The notes below the pieces were generated by a model. That model had not been told where the DNA came from and did no database searches. It saw only the letters and a program-made list of their open reading frames with translations. The translations under genes and the position numbers were made by a program. Shown here one piece after another: positions 58,520 to 64,000 of a DNA stretch of 64,000 nucleotides. The stretch's first letter is position 1. Each line of letters starts with the position of its first letter. The stretch is from a virus: IMG/VR virus record IMGVR_UViG_3300042556_001053, positions 1 to 64,000 of that record; one strand, given 5' to 3'.

Positions 58520-59220
58520 CTGTTGTCCGTAGGCTGTGTACCGCCAGATAAGTCGTTATACCAGTGCATAGGTATCATATATTTAAAACCACTTTTTACA
58601 AGGTGAGCTGTATGATGATAAGGAGGAGAAGATGGGAATATAATTACGCTTCCAGCTTCTGGTTTAATTCCTATTGTTATTCTGTCAGAATCCTTGGACA
58701 AAGAGTAGTCTTCTGATGGCTTTCCATTAATAATAGGGGCATCTGGGGACTCTATGGTAAAAGATAATTCGCCACCTTCGTAGTCATCATTTAAATAAAA
58801 CACTAAAGAGTATCTTAACCTAGTGTCCCCTTCTTGTTGATCAAAGTGTGCACCCATAAAGGTTCCAGCGCTATATTTTTTAATATCAAAGGCTGGTAGA
58901 ATCATTGGCTCTTCCATGTCTCCTTTTGATACTGCATAGTCTTTGCAGACATTATAGAATAAATCAGTTATTGTGTTATATATGTAACTAACAGGGCTAG
59001 CATCTTTATCTGCTATTTTTTCAGAATCAGATGGCTGAACAGTTTTTTGAGATCCATACAAATACATCTCTCCACTGCAGGCTGTCCACTCATTCCATTT
59101 AGTCAAGGATGTGCCATAGTCTTTGCTCTCAGTGGCTTCAATCATTTCTATAAACTTTTTTGGATCTGCTATTGCATTTTTATAGTAATATATGTTTTCT
59201 TCAAGTATTTCTCTTTGCAT
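58516..59220 (-). CDS. 2OG-Fe(II) oxygenase 2
   Basis: HFD..YLNDDYEGGEL..HTAHLVKSGFKY. Confidence 0.92.
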   Translation of the reverse strand: MQREILEENIYYYKNAIADPKKFIEMIEATESKDYGTSLTKWNEWTACSGEMYLYGSQKTVQPSDSEKIADKDASPVSYIYNTITDLFYNVCKDYAVSKGDMEEPMILPAFDIKKYSAGTFMGAHFDQQEGDTRLRYSLVFYLNDDYEGGELSFTIESPDAPIINGKPSEDYSLSKDSDRITIGIKPEAGSVIIFPSSPPYHHTAHLVKSGFKYMIPMHWYNDLSGGTQPTDNR

Positions 59221-59963
59221 TACATTATCCCCTTATTTGATTGTTGAGGATACATGCTCATGTTGTTGTGTATCCAATGACCTGGAACCATATACTTAAA
59301 TCCAGACTTTACTGTATGTGCTATATGAAAATATGGTGCTTTTGCAGGAAAAATTATTACGCTATTTGCTTTTGGCTTTATTCCAAAGTCTATTGATTTG
59401 CTTGCCTTGGCTATTTCATAATCTAGGTCTACACCTGGTGCTCCATGAACCCAGCCTTCGGAGCTATTCCATCCACCATCATAGTCTTTAAGCTGAAATG
59501 AAATTTCTCCGCCTTCACAGTCATCATTTAAATACATGACTAAAGAATATCTTAGTGTTTCATCTCCATCTAGTTGATCAAAGTGTGCTCCCATAGATCT
59601 TCCAGTATTATACTTTTTAATATTAAATGTTGGAAACAGATTTGGCTCATCGTAGTCTCCAAGAGATAAAGCATAATCTTTACATACATTATGAAACGTT
59701 TTCATAACAGCATCATAAATATACTTGGTTTTTTCTCCAACCTCGTCTTTTAATTTATTAATTGAATCTAAATTAAAGGTTTTGGTTTCACCATAGATAA
59801 AAGACTTATCGTTAGAAGATGTCCAAGGCTCCCAAACATTTACGTTATGTTCACTTGATGCGTCCAATGCGTCCAGCTCTTTTAAAATTTTCTGAAAAGT
59901 ATCAAAATTTTCTATTGCATCAGTATAATAATAAACCTTTGGATCTAAAATTTCTTTATTCAT
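59220..59963 (-). CDS. 2OG-Fe(II) oxygenase 3 (paralog of 2)
   Basis: HFD..YLNDDCEGGEI..HIAHTVKSGFKY. Confidence 0.92.
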   Translation of the reverse strand: MNKEILDPKVYYYTDAIENFDTFQKILKELDALDASSEHNVNVWEPWTSSNDKSFIYGETKTFNLDSINKLKDEVGEKTKYIYDAVMKTFHNVCKDYALSLGDYDEPNLFPTFNIKKYNTGRSMGAHFDQLDGDETLRYSLVMYLNDDCEGGEISFQLKDYDGGWNSSEGWVHGAPGVDLDYEIAKASKSIDFGIKPKANSVIIFPAKAPYFHIAHTVKSGFKYMVPGHWIHNNMSMYPQQSNKGIM

Positions 59964-59972
59964 TCTGTCTCC

Positions 59973-60632
59973 TTAATATTTATTATTTTCATAGAAGTTT
60001 TTTTCTTTTATAAAACCAACTAGAACATATCTAATTGGTCCCTCACCAACTGGAATTACTCCGTGATGAAAATCGCTAGTTCCTGGGAAAATAAGAAGTG
60101 ATCCCTTTTTAGGTTTTATTTTTAAATCTAAGTTTTTAAAAAACAATTCTCCATCAGCATACTCATCATTAAGATATAAAATGGTTGCATAACGAATTGA
60201 GGGATCTGTGTCTTGATCTGTATGAGCCTTTAGTTCAACTCCAGGCTGCATCCTTTGCAATGTAGCTAGTCCACTTAGCTCTAAATTACTTCCTTCATTA
60301 ACTACGGCTTTATTTAGTCTTTGATATACAGTGTGATAGATTGGATATGCCCTTATTACCAGATTCTTGTCTTCCCAGTTTCTGGTGATCTCAAACTTTC
60401 CTTCAGCAACAAGATTGTCAACGTCATCTCTACCAAATTTTTCCATACAGAATCTTTTAAGGTTGGAAGTATATTCTATAAACCAATCCTCGTCTGGTGT
60501 ATTGTTGATAATCTCTAAATAGTCGTCTATTTCTTCTTGAGAAATAAAATCTTCTAATAAAAGTAGATCTTTTGATATTTCTTCAAATTTTATTCCTAGA
60601 TCAGTTAGCTCTTTTGTAAGATATGCAGACAT
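59973..60632 (-). CDS. 2OG-Fe(II) oxygenase 4
   Basis: HTD..YLNDEYADGEL..HGVIPV..RY. Confidence 0.92.
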   Translation of the reverse strand: MSAYLTKELTDLGIKFEEISKDLLLLEDFISQEEIDDYLEIINNTPDEDWFIEYTSNLKRFCMEKFGRDDVDNLVAEGKFEITRNWEDKNLVIRAYPIYHTVYQRLNKAVVNEGSNLELSGLATLQRMQPGVELKAHTDQDTDPSIRYATILYLNDEYADGELFFKNLDLKIKPKKGSLLIFPGTSDFHHGVIPVGEGPIRYVLVGFIKEKNFYENNKY

Positions 60633-60633
60633 A

Positions 60634-61383
60634 CTAGATTACCTCCTCTGGCTTATATTTATTTCCATCTTTATCTAGCTTCCACCCTTGCTTAAGTAGC
60701 TCTTGCCACTCTGCTCTTTCAATCTCTTGCTTTGCTCTTGTTTCTTTCATTTCTTCGGCCCATGCATCTCTTACCTCTTGTGGGTAGGCATCTTCTTCAC
60801 GGTCATCCCAGAAAGATCCTATGGTATATCTTACACCTTTAGTAATTAACGATACTTCGTGCATATTATTAAATCCACCGTCAAATACGGCAAGCATTCC
60901 AACCTTTGGCTGAATTTCTATGTTTTGATCTGGAAATCTTAAAAGACCACCTTCAAAATCATCGTTTAAGTACAGGAATCCTGCATATCTACTTCTTGTA
61001 AATGCTCCAGAATTGCCCTTCTCATCTGTATTATCAGAGTGTACTCTTGCATAAGCACCTGGCTCCCACTTTTGAGTATGATATCCAATTTTAGAAATTA
61101 TTTTTGGGTCTAAGTCATGTACTGATGCAATTGCTTCTGGCATCTTACTTTCAATATCTGAAAAAATAGTTGGAGATAGCCCAGCGTCAATTACCTCTTG
61201 ATCATTGTCTTGTGGTAGCACTGAAGAATATGACTCATAAAATGATATAGGCATCCAAGTTAGTCCGCCGTTATTTGCTTGTGCATCAAGTGCATTAATC
61301 ATCTTTTTGCACTCATCTTCACTAACAAAGTTTTCAAAAATAACAATATCCTTTGTAAGTCTTATCTTATTGTTTAGGTTCAT
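60634..61383 (-). CDS. 2OG-Fe(II) oxygenase 5
   Basis: HSD..YLNDDFEGG..HEVSLITKGVRY. Confidence 0.92.
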   Translation of the reverse strand: MNLNNKIRLTKDIVIFENFVSEDECKKMINALDAQANNGGLTWMPISFYESYSSVLPQDNDQEVIDAGLSPTIFSDIESKMPEAIASVHDLDPKIISKIGYHTQKWEPGAYARVHSDNTDEKGNSGAFTRSRYAGFLYLNDDFEGGLLRFPDQNIEIQPKVGMLAVFDGGFNNMHEVSLITKGVRYTIGSFWDDREEDAYPQEVRDAWAEEMKETRAKQEIERAEWQELLKQGWKLDKDGNKYKPEEVI

Positions 61384-62261
61384 TTTATTCTCACAGCTCC
61401 TTCTATTTCGTTTCTTTGTGGATGATCTTTTCTAAACTGTTCATGTATTTCTGGTTGCATGCTTGCCCATACATGCTTACCAAACTCTTTTTCTTTTTCA
61501 TACCATTCATCAGACCCTTTTTCATACTTTTGCCAATACATTCTTGACAAAAACTTATTTTTATTGTAAGAAGGCATTACTCCATGTAAGTATGGATCAC
61601 CATTTTCTGTTAAATAATCGGGATGCCCTGATGGAAAAACAAGTAGGTCTCCTGCTTGTGGCTTATATTTAACAAGCTTATCTCCCATTGCAAAGTCAAC
61701 CTCTCCGCCTTCATAGTCGTCATTAAAATAAATAGTGCATGTTATTACAAACTTGTATCCTGGAGCATCTGCCATCTCTCTCTGATAGTCTGAATGATAT
61801 CTCATCCCTACCTTTTCTTCATCAGTGCTTACATGATACTTTCCAACTGTTCCACCAGCCCACTTCCAGGTTGGAACAGTCTGACCACTTTCATCTACAG
61901 ACAAGTCATCTAAATCTACTTCTACCCCATACTTTTTAATATAGTGCTCTGTAGCCAAATAAAAGTTTTCCAACATCTCTATTGCAAAGAGTCGCTGGTC
62001 TTCCTGAGACTGTGTTGTTGTTTTGATATCTTTTAAACCGCCGTACTTATCGTACATAATCAGATTAGGTATTATTGGGCTTAAGTATTCTCCAAAAATA
62101 GACCATTGTGTCCAAGGGCTAAAAAGTCTATCTTCTGAGTTATCCAAAGAATCATTTAAAACTTTGTAAGATTTTGAAATATCTTTAAACATATTTTTAT
62201 AAACTACAATATTTGGGTATATTTCTTCAAACACAATACCATTTTCTTGGGTGTTGTTCAT
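61380..62261 (-). CDS. 2OG-Fe(II) oxygenase 6
   Basis: HSD..YFNDDYEGGEV..LHGV..KF. Confidence 0.9.
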   Translation of the reverse strand: MNNTQENGIVFEEIYPNIVVYKNMFKDISKSYKVLNDSLDNSEDRLFSPWTQWSIFGEYLSPIIPNLIMYDKYGGLKDIKTTTQSQEDQRLFAIEMLENFYLATEHYIKKYGVEVDLDDLSVDESGQTVPTWKWAGGTVGKYHVSTDEEKVGMRYHSDYQREMADAPGYKFVITCTIYFNDDYEGGEVDFAMGDKLVKYKPQAGDLLVFPSGHPDYLTENGDPYLHGVMPSYNKNKFLSRMYWQKYEKGSDEWYEKEKEFGKHVWASMQPEIHEQFRKDHPQRNEIEGAVRIK

Positions 62262-63145
62262 CTTAATCTAACCCCATTATCTATTGTAATTCTTTGTAGG
62301 TTTTCTTTTTCATATTGACCCTGAATCTTATTCATCTCTGACTGCCAAGAGTCACCAAAAATTAGACTTTTTTCTTTCCACTCATCAGATGAGTCTTCAT
62401 ATACTGTCCAAAACATCCTTATAAAATATTTTTCATTTTCTTTACAAATTTCTGCAGCATGTAGATATACCTCACCATCTTCTGTGGAATATTCTGGATG
62501 TCCTGAAGGAAAAACAACAAAATCTCCAGCTTTTGGTTTATAGTTTATTAGCTTATTGCCAACTGCAAAGTCAATTCCGCCTCCTGAATAATTATCATTT
62601 AGGTATATGGTTGTAGTCAAAACAAACTTATATCCTGGGCCCTTTATAGCTTCTCTAACATAGTCGCTGTGATATCTCATTGCTAATCTTTCAGAGTCTG
62701 GCCCAGCAGCGGTAGAACCAACATAATATTTACACAAAGATGGTCCAGTCCAGTTCCACTTTTGATATTTTTTTCCATCTGATTGAACAGTATCTTTTTC
62801 TTCTTTGTGTATTGGGAAGTTGTGTTTTTCAATATAGTGGTTATTAGCCAAATGAAATGCTTTAATTAATTCAATCATAAAATATCTTTGATCTTCTTGA
62901 ACCTTGCTAGTAGGTTCTATGTCAAAGTTAATTTTAAGATCTGAGACATTTTTATCAAAAGATATTCCAAAGTTTTCTATTTTTTCACCTATAGAGTACC
63001 AGTCATTCCACTTGTCCCATATAGCATCTTCATAATTATTTATTGAATCTTTTGCAATCTGATACATTCTTTCTGGGTCTTCAAATATGTTATTGTAAAC
63101 AACAATATTTGGATAAATTTCTTCAAATGTAAGTTCTGTAGTCAT
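62258..63145 (-). CDS. 2OG-Fe(II) oxygenase 7 (paralog of 6)
   Basis: HSD..YLNDNYSGGGI..LHAA..KY; start MTTE at 63145. Confidence 0.9.
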   Translation of the reverse strand: MTTELTFEEIYPNIVVYNNIFEDPERMYQIAKDSINNYEDAIWDKWNDWYSIGEKIENFGISFDKNVSDLKINFDIEPTSKVQEDQRYFMIELIKAFHLANNHYIEKHNFPIHKEEKDTVQSDGKKYQKWNWTGPSLCKYYVGSTAAGPDSERLAMRYHSDYVREAIKGPGYKFVLTTTIYLNDNYSGGGIDFAVGNKLINYKPKAGDFVVFPSGHPEYSTEDGEVYLHAAEICKENEKYFIRMFWTVYEDSSDEWKEKSLIFGDSWQSEMNKIQGQYEKENLQRITIDNGVRLR

Positions 63146-63146
63146 A

Positions 63147-63821
63147 TTACGGCTTTCTGTCTCCAGTATGTTCCGTAATTTCCCAAAAAAATGGACATGT
63201 AAATCTAAGCCCACTTTTTATTTCTGTGACCCCATGTATATAGTTCATATCTCCAGGGAAAAAATATGCTGCTCCTTTTTTAGGTTTAAATTGAACTCCT
63301 TGATTTGGAAAGTATAGCTCTCCGCCTTCGTAGTCTTCATTTAAATAAAACAAACTGGAAAGATCATAGTTTGGAAAATCATTTGGCAGTCCTGCGTCTG
63401 GCCCGTCGTGCAGTTCTTTATCAGCGTGTGGTTTTTGGAATTGTCCTGGAAGCCACTTGACAATTGTTGTTCCTGTAGGAATTACTTTTACTTTATAAAA
63501 TTCTTCTACTATTGGTTGCAATCTTTGAAATAGGCCAGCAATGACTGGAGATATCTTTGGATCGTTTTTGTCTAAACTTGGCTGTGTTGCAACTCTATCT
63601 TTCCAATAATCTGAATCGTATACTACTGTACCGTTTTCATTTACATGGCTTTCTGTTACATCCCAAATTGTTAAAGATTTTGCAGCCTTTTCTAAAAACT
63701 CTATTTCTTCTTGTGTCATAAAGTTTTCTAGCTCAACAATCATTTCTTTGCCACTACCAAACCAGCCAGAAGGTGTTATTGATGGCTTTCTAACCACAAC
63801 AGAAGCTTTTATATTATCCAT
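63147..63821 (-). CDS. 2OG-Fe(II) oxygenase 8
   Basis: HAD..YLNEDYEGGEL..HGVTEIKSGLRF. Confidence 0.92.
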   Translation of the reverse strand: MDNIKASVVVRKPSITPSGWFGSGKEMIVELENFMTQEEIEFLEKAAKSLTIWDVTESHVNENGTVVYDSDYWKDRVATQPSLDKNDPKISPVIAGLFQRLQPIVEEFYKVKVIPTGTTIVKWLPGQFQKPHADKELHDGPDAGLPNDFPNYDLSSLFYLNEDYEGGELYFPNQGVQFKPKKGAAYFFPGDMNYIHGVTEIKSGLRFTCPFFWEITEHTGDRKP

Positions 63822-63823
63822 AA

Positions 63824-64000
63824 TTAGATTATACCATTTCCTTTGCTTGCTGTATTGTCCGTAACAGAAAGACGGATAACCTTTGTTTCGTGAGAGCCTT
63901 TACTTTCACCCTTTTCATTAATTGCATCTCTATACCAATCGGTCCATTCACCAGATTGATTAATTTTTTGTGCAGCTTCTCCATATGACTGATGAGCTTT
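63824..64000 (-). CDS. C-terminal fragment of upstream gene (possibly DUF6065-like)
   Basis: Manual translation KAHQSYGEAAQKINQSGEWTDWYRDAINEKGESKGSHETKVIRLSVTDNTASKGNGII*. Confidence 0.6.
   Translation of the reverse strand, partial: KAHQSYGEAAQKINQSGEWTDWYRDAINEKGESKGSHETKVIRLSVTDNTASKGNGII
63828..63836 (-). promoter_or_regulatory. Extended -10 promoter TGGTATAAT (leaderless) heading the oxygenase operon
   Basis: 6 nt from ATG at 63821. Confidence 0.7.

Noticed and set aside
1-64000. Stop-codon reassignment, tRNA or rRNA genes
   Set aside because: Core genes are full length under the standard code, and intergenic gaps are short with no cloverleaf seen

Overview
A 64-kb segment of a large, AT-rich, long-tailed (siphovirus-type) dsDNA phage, probably infecting a freshwater actinobacterium (inferred from DnaE/RecA/NrdJ content, extended -10 promoters and leaderless starts). 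All genes but one are on the minus strand. In window order it contains: two secreted proteins (PA14 plus Pro-rich linker; Ala-rich surface protein); terminase with a 2OG-Fe(II) oxygenase inserted between terS and terL; a recombination/replication module (RuvC, Cas4-like nuclease, Hjc-like nuclease, RecA, MazG-like, DnaE, SSB, primase, DnaB); the tail module (FN3 fibre with a Pro-Phe-Phe repeat tract, hub, Dit, tape measure, two paralogous tail assembly chaperones, tube); the head module (capsid, protease, portal); class II RNR; a second fibre cluster; a lone plus-strand secreted transglycosylase; and a tandem array of eight prolyl-hydroxylase-like 2OG-Fe(II) oxygenases with an SDR. The best candidate for an undescribed system is the oxygenase/SDR array, possibly acting on the (Pro-Pro-Phe-Phe)n tract of the fibre; that link is inference. 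Two other notable observations are G/GT tail chaperones apparently made by gene duplication rather than frameshifting, and an intrinsic terminator inside the transglycosylase ORF. No tRNA, rRNA, CRISPR array, intein or integrase was seen. All family calls come from motif recognition, not database searches.
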